DNA of 64,000 nt from Bacteroidia bacterium. Lineage in GTDB: Bacteria > Bacteroidota > Bacteroidia > M30B66. The notes beneath the pieces were generated by a model. That model was not told the origin of the DNA. It saw nothing but the letters and a program-made list of their open reading frames with translations, and did no database searches. The translations under genes were made by a program, and so were the position numbers. This document shows positions 42,654-56,300 of the stretch, piece by piece (position 1 is the stretch's first letter; every line of letters starts with the position of its first letter). The stretch lies in NCBI GenBank assembly GCA_018401705.1, contig JAGYKL010000004.1, positions 37,810 through 101,809 on the forward strand. Direction: 5' to 3'.

Positions 42654-44657
42654 ATGCTTTTAAGCGCACTGCCTCCCGCTCTCTATGATATCGGGATTAT
42701 ATTCGGACTTGCAATTATTGTACTTATAGTTTGCAATTATTTTAAGATCCCTTCAGTAATTGGGTTCCTTCTAACAGGGGTAGTTGCAGGTCCAGATTTA
42801 CTTAACCTAGTTCAGGCAGAGTCAGATATAGGTTTATTTGCTGAAATTGGCATTATTCTGCTTCTATTTAGCATCGGTATTGAGTTTTCCCTAAAGGATT
42901 TGATGAAGATTAGAAGGCAAGTGTTTGTGGGTGGAGCTCTTCAATTGTTCGGAACAATTACAGTAGTTGCTTTCGCCTCCTCTTTTTTTGAATTGGAGGT
43001 TAAAGAATCAATATTTATTGGTTTTTTATTTTCACTCAGTTCAACTGCAATAGTTCTTAAAATCTTGCAAGAGAAAGGGAGACTGCAGAGTCCTCAAGGA
43101 AGAAGCACAATGGCAATACTCATATTTCAAGATATAGCTGTTGTGCCCTTAATGTTGTTAACTCCATATTTAAGTTCGAAGACTCAAGGAATTGACTTTT
43201 CTTTCGTTCTAACTATTATAAAAGGGGTATTAACAGTAATTGCGGTTATTGTAGTTTCTCGTACGGTAATGCCTAAGCTTCTTTTTATCGTTGCCAAAGG
43301 TAAATCGGGGGAACTTTTTCTTTTAACCATTCTTATGGTTTGTCTATTTGTTGCTTGGTTAACCTCTGCACTAGGGCTTTCTCTTTCATTAGGAGCATTT
43401 CTTGCTGGTCTGGTAATTTCAGAATCTGAATATAGTCATGAAGCTTTTGGAACAATCTTACCTTTCAGAGATGTATTTACAAGCTTCTTCTTTATATCCA
43501 TAGGCCTATTGGTTAATATGGACTACTTCCTCTCTCATTTGGGTCTAATAGCAGGAGTTGCCATATTTATTATGATTCTAAAAACGGTAGTTGCAGGCAG
43601 CGCTATTTTTTATACAGGAAATAATGCCAGGGTAGCTATGCTTGCAGGCCTATTTGTATGTCAGGTAGGGGAATTTTCTTTTATACTAGCTGAAACTGGA
43701 CGAGAACTAAGTGTAATCAATAATGAGAATTATCAATTGTTTTTAGCTGTCTCGTTATCAACTATGGCAGTAACTCCATTGCTTATAAATAAAGCAGACA
43801 GACTTTCCTCATGGATTTCTGGATTGTTGCTAAGTGATACTATTAAGAAAAGATTTCCAAGACTCATAAAAAGTTCAATTGCTCAGCCTAAGATTGATCA
43901 AAGTATGAATGATCATGTTGTAATTATTGGCTACACTGAAACTGGGAAGAATATTTCGAGAGTTGTTAGGATGGCAAAAATTCCTTTTCTAGCTATTGAT
44001 ATGGATCCTGAAGTGGTGTTAGCTGCTTCTAACAAGCGAAAAACGCCTGTTATCTATGGAAATGCATCGAATGCTTCAGTTCTAAAGCATGCAAATATTG
44101 AAAAAGCACGTGCTGTTGTAATCACGATTAAGAACGTAGGAGAAATAAAAACTATTCTAACAGAAATAAGAAAACAGGCTCCTTCTTGTTATGTTGTAAC
44201 TACCAGTAGGTCTTTGTTAGATATGTCCGGAAATATTAGATTCTGGGCAAATGAAGTAGTGAGTGAGCAATTCGAAAGCTCAATAGAAATAGTTACTCGA
44301 TTACTTAGCAAATATCTTGTTCCAAGAAATGAAATTGATGATTTTGTTGTCCGAATGCGCGGCTTTAATTACGAAATGGTTCGAACTTTAAGATATGAAC
44401 AGCAAGGTTTGCAAGATTATAGATTGGAAATCTCTGACACGGAAATTTTAACGTTCAAAGTTCAGGAAAGCTCCCCTTTCGCTGGAAAAAAGCTATCCGA
44501 CCTTCAACTAAGAAATGATTGGGGCGTATCTATTTTGGCTATCAAGCGCGGTGGCTCGATTATGGCCAACCCTGGAGGAAATGAATTTATTCAGATCTCA
44601 GATATTCTAGTAGTTTTTGGAAACCATAGTGATGTTGATAGGATTTCCAGAGCCTAA
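42654..44657 (+). CDS. CPA2-family monovalent cation:proton antiporter (Kef-type) with TrkA-N/TrkA-C regulatory domains
   Basis: A 12-13 TM N-terminal transporter domain. A Rossmann-like VVIIGYTETGKNI and a C-terminal TrkA-C (ISDILVVFG). Confidence 0.8.
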   Translation: MLLSALPPALYDIGIIFGLAIIVLIVCNYFKIPSVIGFLLTGVVAGPDLLNLVQAESDIGLFAEIGIILLLFSIGIEFSLKDLMKIRRQVFVGGALQLFGTITVVAFASSFFELEVKESIFIGFLFSLSSTAIVLKILQEKGRLQSPQGRSTMAILIFQDIAVVPLMLLTPYLSSKTQGIDFSFVLTIIKGVLTVIAVIVVSRTVMPKLLFIVAKGKSGELFLLTILMVCLFVAWLTSALGLSLSLGAFLAGLVISESEYSHEAFGTILPFRDVFTSFFFISIGLLVNMDYFLSHLGLIAGVAIFIMILKTVVAGSAIFYTGNNARVAMLAGLFVCQVGEFSFILAETGRELSVINNENYQLFLAVSLSTMAVTPLLINKADRLSSWISGLLLSDTIKKRFPRLIKSSIAQPKIDQSMNDHVVIIGYTETGKNISRVVRMAKIPFLAIDMDPEVVLAASNKRKTPVIYGNASNASVLKHANIEKARAVVITIKNVGEIKTILTEIRKQAPSCYVVTTSRSLLDMSGNIRFWANEVVSEQFESSIEIVTRLLSKYLVPRNEIDDFVVRMRGFNYEMVRTLRYEQQGLQDYRLEISDTEILTFKVQESSPFAGKKLSDLQLRNDWGVSILAIKRGGSIMANPGGNEFIQISDILVVFGNHSDVDRISRA

Positions 44658-46535
44658 TTATCTTTTCTTTGGTTGATTAGCTCTTGACTTAGCCATTTCT
44701 TCTAACTTCTGTTGAAAAGATGATTTAGACTTTGATTTTGGTTGATTCTTCTTTTGTTGAATCTTTGCATGAATCTTATCATCATCAACAAATTTACGAA
44801 ATGCATATTGTTGTCCGAACGTAATGATGTTAGCTAAGAAGTAATAGTAATTAAGACCGGCTGCGTAGCTGTTAAGTACAAATAAGAAAATGACAGGCAT
44901 TAAATACATCATCCATTTCAATCCAGCCATTTGTGCATTCCCAGCTGTTAGCTGATTGTTCATTCTTGTATACATGATTGTTGAAACAGTCATTAATAAA
45001 GCGAATAAACTGACGTGATCTCCATAAAATGGAATATTAAAAGGAAGATTTATAATGGAGTCGTAAGTGGATAAATCCTCAGCCCATAAAAAGGATTCTT
45101 GCCTAAGTTCAATGGATGCAGGGAAAAAACTAAACAGAGCAAAAAGTACAGGGATTTGAAATAGCATAGGTAAGCATCCTCCTAAAGGATTTACTCCTGC
45201 TTCTTTATACAAGCCCATAACTGCTTGCTGTTTCTGCATCGCATCACCGTTTTCATATTTCTTATTTATTTCATCAATTTCGGGTTTCAGGACTCTCATT
45301 TTAGCCTGAGATAAATATGACCGATATTGGAAAATCAAAAGAATTAACTTGATATATAGAGTTAGTAATAAAATTACTATTCCATACCCCAGGTTAAACT
45401 GACCTAGAAAATTGAAAGCAGGAATAACAATAATCTTATTGACGTAGCCAAAAATCCCCCAACCAAGAGGAACCAAGCCTTCTAAGTTGTATCCCTCCTC
45501 CTTGAGAATGTTATATTTAGTAGGTCCTGCGTAAATGTCAAAGTTTAATTTATTGTTGTCTGAAGCAGAAAAAGGGACTTTAAAGTTTGCTTTCAAACCT
45601 TTAGTGGTTGAGTCAGAACTACTTGTTATTGTTGTGGTCAGGTTTGCTCCTGCCAGTATGCTTTGCTTACTAATGAGAGCAGTAGCGAAAAACTGTTCCT
45701 TAAAGGCAATCCACTTTAATGGGTCTTCTGTAATTTCAGAAGCTGCTTCGAATGGAGAAAGTTTATCAACCTCTTCTTCGGCCGATTTACAATAATAAAT
45801 AGTTGTGTTGTTTCTTTCATTTTCAAGATTCTTTTCCTGTCTTCTTCCTATTGCAGACCAGTTGATTTCGATATCTTTTGTAGACTGATTGATTTTAGTT
45901 GCAATCCTTGAAAAATCGGCGGTGAATCCAACCATATAAGAGTCTTTATGGTAGGTATATATAAAGTCAATCCACTCAGAATCGTTTAATTGAGACCTTA
46001 GTATTAGTTTGCTCGAATCGCTATCAAAATTAGGTTCTTGAATCAATTTAAAGAAAAGATCACCTGTTGAAACCGTTTTATTTCCAATTGGTAATGAAAA
46101 GCTAAATGAGCTTGAGTCTGCCTCAAACATTAGAAGGTCAGTCTTGTCCCAAGATTTGAAATTGTTAAGAGCTATTTGCTTGAGTTGGCCTCCTTTTGAG
46201 TTAAAACTAAACGAATGTAAAGAACTTGTTAAATTAATTGTTTCATTTTCTCCTTGAGCCGCGAGATTGAAATCACCATACTTATTAGCTAATTGAATAT
46301 TTACCAAAGAGTCGCTCAACTCATATTCAGAAGAGTCAGTATTCGCTTCTTCAAACTTGATTGAATTTAATTTATTTAATCTGTCTAAACTGTCTTTTGA
46401 AGCTTGTTCTATTTTAGCTAATTCGAGAGCTTCTCGATCTGGTTGATTAACGATTGTAAAAAGAATCATTATAGCTCCAATGAGCAATAAACCAATAATT
46501 GAATTTCTATCCATTCCAATTTTTTTGCGGCGCAA
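44658..46535 (-). CDS. yidC: membrane protein insertase YidC (Bacteroidota long form)
   Basis: A large periplasmic domain, then conserved TM segments (NPLGGCLPMLFQIPVLFALF) and a basic C-tail. 625 aa. Confidence 0.9.
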   Translation of the reverse strand: MRRKKIGMDRNSIIGLLLIGAIMILFTIVNQPDREALELAKIEQASKDSLDRLNKLNSIKFEEANTDSSEYELSDSLVNIQLANKYGDFNLAAQGENETINLTSSLHSFSFNSKGGQLKQIALNNFKSWDKTDLLMFEADSSSFSFSLPIGNKTVSTGDLFFKLIQEPNFDSDSSKLILRSQLNDSEWIDFIYTYHKDSYMVGFTADFSRIATKINQSTKDIEINWSAIGRRQEKNLENERNNTTIYYCKSAEEEVDKLSPFEAASEITEDPLKWIAFKEQFFATALISKQSILAGANLTTTITSSSDSTTKGLKANFKVPFSASDNNKLNFDIYAGPTKYNILKEEGYNLEGLVPLGWGIFGYVNKIIVIPAFNFLGQFNLGYGIVILLLTLYIKLILLIFQYRSYLSQAKMRVLKPEIDEINKKYENGDAMQKQQAVMGLYKEAGVNPLGGCLPMLFQIPVLFALFSFFPASIELRQESFLWAEDLSTYDSIINLPFNIPFYGDHVSLFALLMTVSTIMYTRMNNQLTAGNAQMAGLKWMMYLMPVIFLFVLNSYAAGLNYYYFLANIITFGQQYAFRKFVDDDKIHAKIQQKKNQPKSKSKSSFQQKLEEMAKSRANQPKKR

Positions 46536-46792
46536 AGATATGTTTAATAATGTCTTCAGTTGAAATCAAACGGACTTCAATTGAAAAACTTCAGAATAAT
46601 TGATGTCTATGTAAGAGTTCTGGACTATTTTGAATAAATTTATTTAACCCTAATTTCAAATTAGTTATAAAATAAGGGATTTGACATGATATCTTTTTTG
46701 CAGAAACATTTTTTTGTGAGCAAGAAAACGATATTTTTGCTCGAACTACAATGTAATTTTAGTCAACAGCCAACTCAATACACACAAAAATT

Positions 46793-47314
46793 ATGAAACA
46801 GTGCTTACGAAATCAGCTTCTAATGGCAGTATGCCTTCTGCTGATTCCTTTGTCAGGCTTCTCACAGAAGTCTAATCAACAAAGTGAAACCCCTGCTCCT
46901 TATCCTAAATTGATTGCAACTGGGAATCCAGAAGCGGATAAAATCAATCATGAGAAAGCCGTTCAAGCTTGGAAGCAACAAGAAAAAGAAAGAGTAGAAC
47001 GTGTTCAGCTTGAAAAAGGGAGTACAAATGTTTCTTCGAAAGCAGTGCAACGTGAAAAGGGAAATCTTAGCACTAAGAATGCAGGAACTTCCCGATCTTC
47101 AAAAACAAAATCCAGAGAGATTCAAATAATTGATCTTCCTGGTTTCCCTAAATATATAATTACGGGCGACACAAATGCAGATGAGAAAAATTATCAAGCT
47201 GCAAAATCTAAGTGGGTGGATGAGAATCCGCAACTTTATAAAGAGTATGTTCAGAAACATTCTGCTAACTCAAATAAGAAGTTGAACAGGAGAAAACCTG
47301 ATACTTCAAATTAA
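46793..47314 (+). CDS. small secreted protein with internally duplicated motif
   Basis: Signal peptide. Two copies of [FY]PKxIxTG[ND]xxAD[KE]xN[HY][EQ][KA]A..[AK]W about 90 aa apart. 21 bp upstream of the giant gene. Confidence 0.4.
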   Translation: MKQCLRNQLLMAVCLLLIPLSGFSQKSNQQSETPAPYPKLIATGNPEADKINHEKAVQAWKQQEKERVERVQLEKGSTNVSSKAVQREKGNLSTKNAGTSRSSKTKSREIQIIDLPGFPKYIITGDTNADEKNYQAAKSKWVDENPQLYKEYVQKHSANSNKKLNRRKPDTSN

Positions 47315-47355
47315 TTTGAAGTATACATATATATATGTCTATAGAAAACTCGAAC

Positions 47356-50300
47356 ATGAAAAATATATACAAAAATTTAATCACGCTAACATTGCTCTTG
47401 TTGGGTTCAATCTCCTTGCAAGCTCAATGTCCATACAACAATAGTTTGTATGTATCAATTGGAGCTCCTTCAACTATTGGAGCTAGTGTAGGAGAAGAAT
47501 GTATTTTCCCAGGAGAATATATTCGTGTTACTGGAATGCAAGCAGGTAGTACTTACCGAATTTCAACATGTAATTCAACTGATGTTGCAGATACTCGTGT
47601 AACAGTTTATGCACAAGGCGGCGCCGGCGGTGCTTTAACATTCAATGATGATTTCTGTGGTCTACTTTCAAGAGTTGATTTTACTCCAACTTCTGATGGT
47701 GGATACGATATTCTAGTTGATCAGACTGGTCCAGGCAATACTTGCGAAAGTGGTACTGAATGCGTAGATCTTTCAATAACATTAATTGGGACTTCCGGTT
47801 CTACAGATTATTGTATTCCTACATACACTTTTGGAACTGCTAATGGAGACTTCATTAATGGAGTTAATCTCGAATCTATTGACAATCAAAATTCAGGTTC
47901 TGTTGGAGGACCAGCTTATAGTGACTTCACTAATTTAAGTACTAATTTAAGCAGCTCGACTTCTTACACCTTATCTGTAAGGAACAATCCTGATTACACT
48001 GAAATTGTTTCTGCTTGGATTGATTACAATCAAGATTTTCAATTTTCAGAAGATGAGCGATTAGGTCAAGTTACTATTTCAGCTAATCAAACTGGACTAA
48101 TTAACTTTACAACACCTGCCAATGTATTGCCTGGAGAAACCCGATTAAGAGTAAGAATGGTATTTTCTGTTCCTACCTCAGGTGGTTTAGTATCTGCATG
48201 TGGTTCATCAAGTGTTGGTGAGACTGAAGATTACAGTGTTAACTTTTCTTCAAATAACCCTCCGCCACCGCCGGGAGCTTTATCGTTCCAGACTTCATGT
48301 GGTTTAGGTTTGGCTATTCAAGATAATGCTTGTCCTAATTATACTCTTGCAACAGTAGAAGTTGGCGGATTAACTAGTCTTGGTTCTAATCATATATTAA
48401 GTTCTGCTGAGATTATCGTTTCTCATGCAATGGCCGCTGATTTAGATATTTATTTGGAAGGCCCTGATGGAACAATTGTAGAATTGTCTACCGATAATGG
48501 TGGTGCTGGAGCTGATTATGGAATTTACACTATTTCAGATTGTTCACAAACAGCACTTTTTTCAATGGGTGCTTCAACACCAATTGCTGGAAGTTTAGCT
48601 CCTTTTGTAGGAAGCTACATTCCTGAAGGTGATTTGAATGATTTCAATCAAGGCACAAATCCTAACGGTTTCTGGAGATTAAGAGTTTGTGATGATTTTT
48701 CCGGGGATGCTGGAGTTATTCAATACGTTAAATTGAATTTCGAATTAAATGCTACAGAACCTCCAGCTTGTGCTGAAAACTTTAACGTTACTGATGGGGC
48801 AGGTAATATAGCTTTAGATCAACAACTTTCTTGGTCAGCTGGTGCAGGAAACCCTACTGCTTATGATGTGTTTTTTGGAACAGATGAGAATAATCTTACG
48901 CTAGTATCAGAGAATCAGACAGAAACAACATATAACCCGGGAGCACTAGATCCTGCTACTAATTATTTTTACCAAATTGTTCCTTCAAATAATGCGGGAG
49001 CAGCAGTAGGATGCGCGGTTATTTCTTTTACTACTGTAGCCGATGACGTTACTACTATTTTAATGAGTAATGGTCAATCAACAACCTGTAATGCTAATTT
49101 CTTTGATTCAGGGGGGCCAAATGGAAATACTGCATTAGGAGGTATAGAGCCTTTTGTATATACAATTTTCCCTGATGCTCCTAATTCAGCAGTTCAAGTT
49201 AACTTTTCTTCATTTGAACTAGGCGACTTCGATTTGTTTGGAATCGCTGATGGTGAAGATGGCAACGCAGAAGTTGTTTATTTTTATCCTATTAATAATC
49301 TTGATGCTCCAGGCACCATTACAGCAACAAATCCTAGTGGAGCTTTAACATTTGTTTTTCAAGCAGATCCATTTGTTACACAGCCAGGCTGGGCTGCTTC
49401 AATTACTTGTGTGCCTTTTGGTTCTGTTCCTAATTGCGTCGAAAGCTCAACTCCTGCTAACGGCAGTTTATCAGTTCCATTAAATACTCAACTAAATTGG
49501 GTTGCAGGTTCAGGAGAACCTACTGGTTATGATATATATTTTGGAACAGATGTTAATCCTCCACTTGTAGCTAGTGATGTTGCTGTTACTACTTTCAATC
49601 CTGGGGTTTTAATTAATGAAACAACTTATTACTACCAGATTGTTCCAACAAATGCATCTGGAGCAGCAACTGATTGTCCAATTAATTCTTTTGTTACAGA
49701 AGTAAGCGCTGGTAACGTGGTTTTAATTAGTGATGGTACTGCAAGTTTATGCGAGGGATTCTTTTATGATAGTGGAAACTCAAGTGGAGACTATTCTAGT
49801 GGAGAAGACTTTGAATTAACTATTACTCCTGATAGCCCTAACAGCGCTATTGAAGTTGAGTTCTCAAGCTTCAGTGTTGAAGAAGAATTTGATGTTCTGA
49901 CTGTATATTCAGGCACAGGAACTAGTGGTCTTGTACTTGGCACTTTAACAGGTAACGTTGTTACACCTCTTTCTTTTACTTCTGTTTCTCCCGATGGAGC
50001 TCTAACTTTTGTTTTTACATCTGATTTTCAAGTAACTAGCACTGGATGGCAAGCAACAATTTCTTGTGTTGAGCCATTGACTGCTCCAGGCTGTGTAACT
50101 CCAATTTCACCTTTAGATGGCGCTGTTGGAGTACCTGTTTCTGGTTCAATTGCTTCTTGGGCTCCAGGTGCTGGGGGAGATGTTTTGACCTACGACTTGT
50201 TTTTTGGTACAGATGAATTGAATTTATCACTTGTTTCTGATGACCAGGCTGAATCGGTATTTAACCTACCTGATTTAGAAAACAATACGATATATTATTG

Positions 50301-53300
50301 GTTAGTAGTTCCTAGTAACTTAGTTGGATCACCTTCTGACTGTCCAATATTTTCTTTCAGAACCGCTATTGCTATAGAAGTTCCAAGTTGTGCTGAAATT
50401 GTTTCACCTGCAGATGGGGCAACAGACATTCCTGTTTCAGGATCAGTTGCTTCATGGGCTGCAGCTGCAGGAGGAGATGCCCCAGATTCATATGACTTAT
50501 TCTTTGGAACTGATTCTGGAAATCTTACTCTTGTATCTGACAATCAGGTTGAAACTACTTTCAGCTTGCCTGATCTTGATTTTTCAACTGAATACTTTTG
50601 GCAAGTTGTTCCTTCTAATGAAGCAGGAGAAGCTGTTAATTGTCCGATTGTAAGTTTTACAACTGTTGCTGATGTTCAAGCTCCTGCTTGTGCAGAAATT
50701 GTTTCTCCAGCTGACGGAGCAATTGCTGTTCCTGTTTCTGGCTCATCTGCAGAATGGACAGCTGGTTTAGGAGATGCTCCTGATACGTATGATCTATACT
50801 TTGGAACGGACTCTGGAAACCTCACTCTTGTTTCTGATAATCAAACTGAAACAACTTTTAATCTTCCAACACTTGATTTTGCAACTGAGTATTTCTGGCA
50901 AGTTGTTCCTGCTAATTCTGCTGGTGAAGCAGTTGGTTGTCCAATTGTCAGCTTCACCACAGAAGAAGAGCCAATTGTTACTGATATTTTAATGCAAAAT
51001 GGTTCTTTGACTGTTTGTTCTGGTACTTTTACTGATGATGGAGGTGCAACTGCTAACTATTCAAATGATCAGAATTTAGTATTAACTCTAACACCGGAGA
51101 TTCCTGGAAATGTTCTACAGGTTAATTTCTCTTCTTTCGTACTTGAGGATAATTTTGAATTCCTGACTATATATGATGGTAACTCTGTTGCTGAACCACT
51201 AATTGGAACATTTACAGATGTTGACTCACCTGGAAGTATAGTTTCTTCGGCTGCAGATGGATCTCTAACATTTGAGTTTGTTTCTGATGCGAGTCTTAAT
51301 TTTGCTGGTTGGGTTGCTGAAGTTTCATGTATTGATCCTAATGCGGCACCTGAATGTGCTATTAACCTAAGTCCAGCTGACGGTCAAACTGAAGTTTCGG
51401 TTTTACCTTCACTTACATGGACAAATGGAGGAGGAGTTGTTGTTGGATATGATGTTTATTTTGGAACTGATCCTGAGAATTTAGTTCTTGTTTCAGCTTC
51501 ACAGGCCGAAACAACTTTTCTACCTGGAGATTTAGATTTAAATACAACATATTATTGGCAAATTGTCCCAGTAGGTGCTTCAGCATCTTCAGAAGGGTGT
51601 GCAGTGCTATCATTTGTAACAGAGGTTAATCCTTCTGTTTTAATGCAAGATGGTTCCATATCTATATGTTCGGCTAATTTCTTTGATGCAGGTGGAATAG
51701 ATGGTAATTACCCATTAGATGTTGATCAAACGTTAACTATTACACCAGATCAACCAGGGAATTTACTTCAAGTTACATTTACATCTTTTGAACTTGAAAA
51801 TACTTGGGATTTCTTAACAATTTTTGACGGTAATTCTACTGCTGCACCAATAATTGGTGCATTTACAGGAACTGCTCCTGGAGGAACTGTTCCAACTGGT
51901 CCAATTTTATCTACTGCAGCTGATGGAAGTCTAACATTCAATTTTACATCTGATGCATCAACAACTTTATCTGGTTGGTCTGCTATTGTTGAGTGTATTA
52001 ATCCGAATGCAGTTGCAGAATGTGCTCAGAACTTTGTACCAGCAGATGCTAGTACTGAAGTTTCTCCGGCAGCTCTTAATTTAACTTGGTCTCCAGGAGC
52101 TAGTATAGTTACTGGTTATGATGTTTATTTTGGAACAGATCCTGATAATTTGGTTCTGGTATCTGAAAATCAAATTGGATCTTCTTTTAGTCCAAGTGAT
52201 TTAGACCTTAACACAACTTATTACTGGCAGATTATTCCTATCAATGAGAATGGGGCAGCTGTAGATTGCATAGTTAATTCATTTACAACTTCTTCTGTAT
52301 TAGACATCGTTATGTCAAATACAACAGTTACAACTTGTGATGCTAATTTCTTTGATTCGGGAAATCTTGCTTTAAATTATGGTAATGATGAGGATTTAAC
52401 TTTAACAATCTTCCCTGATCAACCTGGTAATGCAGTTCAAGTAAACTTTAGTTCTTTCGATATTGAAGAGAATTTTGAATTCTTGACAATATTTGACGGT
52501 AATGATAATACTGCTCCTGTCATTGGAGTGTTTTCTGGAGATGTTGACGGTGGTATTATTCCTGTTGGGCCTATTACTTCAAGTGCAGCAGATGGTAGTT
52601 TGACGTTTAATTTCACATCTGATGTTTCATTGAACTTCGCCGGTTGGCAAGCATCAATATCATGCGTCTCTGCTGAAGAAGTTCCTGGTTGTATTACCAA
52701 TGCCTCGCCTTTAGATGCTGCAATTGATGTTGATGTAACAACAATACTTAATTGGAGTGCAGGTTCAGGTGTTACTTTAGGTTACGATGTTTTCTTTGGT
52801 ACTGATTCTGAGAATTTGGTTTTAGTATCAGATGATCAAACAGCTACATCTTTTGACCCGGGTCAATTGGAATTAAACACAACTTACTTCTGGCAAGTTG
52901 TCCCTTTTAATTCTAGTGGTTCTGCAGTTGATTGCCCAGTGTTAAGCTTCACAACAGCATCTGAGATTAACTTAGTTATGTTTAATGGTGAGGTCACACT
53001 ATGTGAAGGGAATTTATTTGATTCTGGAGGACCAGATGCTAACTATCAGAGTAATGAAGATTTTACATTAACTGTATTTCCATCAACTCCAGGAGCTCTA
53101 ATTCAAGCTGAATTCATTAGTTCAGCAATTGAGAATGGATTTGATAATTTAGATATTTACAGCGGAAGCAGCGTGACTGGGACTCCTGATTTAACATTAA
53201 CAGGAACCGTTCTTCCACCAGTTTTAGTTTCTTCTGCAGCAGATGGTAGCTTAACATTCAACTTTACATCTGATATTTCAGTTGCTCAAGCTGGCTTTGA

Positions 53301-56300
53301 AATTCTTTTAACATGTTTTATTCCTGTTGAAGCTCCAAGCTGTTCTGAGAATTATTTCCCTGCTGATCAAGAACCTGCCGCTCCTCTTAACACTGTTTTA
53401 AGTTGGTCAGGAGTTGGTTTCCCAACAGGCTATAACGTATTGTTTGGTACTGATCCAGATAATTTAGTTGAAGTTGCCTCAAGTATAGGAAATAACACTT
53501 TCAATCCGGGGCCTCTTGATCCTTTAACTACTTATTATTGGCAGATTGTACCTTTCAATGATCTTGGAAGTGCTGATGGATGTCCAGTGCTATCATTTAC
53601 AACTGCGGAATCTGCGGTAGTAAATATGTTTACTGGAGAGGTTAGTACTTGTTTTGCAGAGTTCTATGACCCTCAAGGTCCTGATGCCAATTACGAAAAC
53701 AATCAGTTTAACACCTTAACTGTATTCCCTGATGCTGCTGATAATGTTGTTAGAGTTACCTTCTCGTCTTTCGTTGTAGAGAATAATTTTGAGACTTTAA
53801 CAATTTTCTCTGGTGCAACAGCAACTGGAGCCCCAATTGCTACTTTAACTGGAACAATTGCAGGTCCGGTCTCATTTACTTCTTCCAGCACAGACGGTGC
53901 CTTGACATTTGTTTGGGAAAGTGATACTTCTGTTACAAATCCAGGTTGGGAAGCTGTTCTTGAATGTGTCTCTACGACTGAAATTCCAGGTTGTACAACC
54001 AATCCTGTTCCTGCTGATGGAGCATTAGATGTTAGTTCTACGTTAGCAACTCTTTCATGGGGATTGGGTAGTGGAATCGCATTTGGATACGATGTTTATT
54101 TTGGAACAGACCCTGATAATTTGGTGCTTGTTTCACCTGATCAGGTTGAAACAACCTTTAACCCAGGCCAACTTGATTTAAATACAACTTATTATTGGCA
54201 AGTTGTGCCTTCGAACGATGCTGGCGAAGCGACTGGTTGTCCTATCAATTCTTTTACTACAGGTGGTTCTATCGACATACTTATGTCTAATGCAACAGTG
54301 ACTACTTGCAGTGCAAACTTCTTTGACTCAGGTAACAATACTGGTAATTATCAGAATAATGAAGATTTTACTTTGACAATATTCCCTGATGCACCAGGTA
54401 ATTCAATACAAGTAACTTTTACTTCATTTAATATTGAGAATACTTGGGAGTTCCTTACTGTATTCGATGGTAACTCAACAGCTGCGCCTATTTTGAATAC
54501 CTTTACAGGTAATGCTGCTGCAGGAACTGGCAATACGCCAAATGCACCTATCACCTCTTCAGCTGCTGATGGAAGTTTAACATTTAACTTTACATCTGAT
54601 ACATCATTTAATTTTGATGGATGGGAAGCTGTTATCACATGTATTGATGCTACTCAAGTTCCTGCTTGTATCGCTTATACTCAAGGTCCAGCAGATGGGT
54701 CTACTGATATTTGTATTAACGAAGCTTTACTTGCATGGACACCTGGTGCAGGTGCTCCTCCAACAGCTTATGATGTGTATTTTGATTTTGGTGGTGGTTT
54801 AATTCTTGTTTCTGATGATCAAACAGAAGCAAGTTTCGACCCAGGTACATTAAGCCCTAATACTACATATTCATATCAGGTAGTTCCTTCTAATACAAAT
54901 GGAGAGGCTGTTGATTGTCCGGTTATCACATTCACTACTGGAACTTGTTTGAATTACTGTGATGCAGTAGCAACTAATTGTGATGAATTTATCGCAGACG
55001 TTCAAATGGGCAATATCAATAACCCATCAGATTGTACACCTGGTGGTTATAATGATTATACGGATCAATCTACTGATGTTTACATTGGAACGTCAACTGC
55101 GATTACAGTAGTTAATGGTTCACTTCAGTGGCCTCAGGATCTTCTTGGAATTTGGATTGACTGGAATCAAGATGGTACATTTGACGATGCAAATGAAACA
55201 ATTACTGTAAATGGCTCACCTGGCGTAGGTCCTTACACTGCTGATATTATTCCTCCAGTAGATGCTGTTCTTGGTTCAACTAGAATGAGAATACGAGTAA
55301 CATTCGGTGGCGTCTTAGATCCATGTGGAACTACTACTTTCGGTGAAGTTGAAGATTATACAATTATTGTTAATGAGGCATTAGCTTGTCCTTTCCCTAA
55401 TAATATTGTAAGTTCTGAGACAACTACATCATCTACAGTTATTACTTGGGATGAAGTTATAGACGCATTAGAATACCAAATCCGTTATCGTTTGGTATCT
55501 GAAGATGAAACAGCTGCAACCTGGACAACTCCGATTGTAGTGCCTGCTCCGTTAACATTCACTTTCTTAGAGAACCTAATTATTTGTGAGAATTACATTC
55601 TTCAGATTGGTTCTGTATGTGAAGAAGGGGCTACTGATATTGTTTTCTCTTCAAATGTTTCTTTCGGAACAAGATGTATTGATTGTTTACCAGAATACAC
55701 TTTAGAAGGTGAAGATTGTGGAACTGATGTTAATGGTGGGTGTAATTCAACTCCTAGTGCATTTGGTCAAATCAATTGTGGAGAAACTATTTGTGGAACA
55801 TCTTTCTTTGATGGAGCTACAAGAGATACAGATTGGTATAATTTCGATGTTGCTGAAGAAGGAGTATTCCAACTAAGCATTCTTGCAGAATTTGATGGTA
55901 CAATTCTATTTGCTGACGCTTCTGATTGTGCTAACATTACTGTACCTAGTCAGGCTAACTTCTCAGCTGGTCAGAACTTCACATTTGCAAGCACCTTAAC
56001 TCCTGGAACCTGGACAGTAATCATCCTGCCAATATTTGAGCAAGCTGTTTTTGATTGTTCAAGCTTTAACGGGTACACTTTAACATTATCTTCTGGCGAA
56101 ACGCAAATAGCACCTACTGGTGATGTATGTGAAACAACTGCTCCATTTAACTTGTTTGCAATTCCTGCGGGTGGAACTTGGAGTGGAGATGGTATAGCAG
56201 ATGCGGATAACGGAACATTTGATCCTTCTTCAGTTGGTGTTGGAAGTTATGTTGTAACATACACACCTGACGGAGCTGGATGTTCTGTTGCAGATTCAAT

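Noticed and set aside
46536-46792. 257-bp divergent intergenic region between yidC and the small secreted protein gene, checked for ncRNA and promoter motifs
   Set aside because: TTG...TAnnTTTG-like Bacteroidota promoter elements can be imagined (e.g. ttgacatgatatc...), but I cannot place -33/-7 boxes with confidence by eye. No structured RNA is evident.
50036-54802. Several short ORFs on both strands inside the giant gene (e.g. 50036-50230, 50390-50653, 52437-52700, 53703-54002, 54351-54638)
   Set aside because: They lie within and antisense to, or out of frame with, a continuous 10.4-kb ORF that has strong domain signatures. They are artefacts of the repetitive, low-stop composition.
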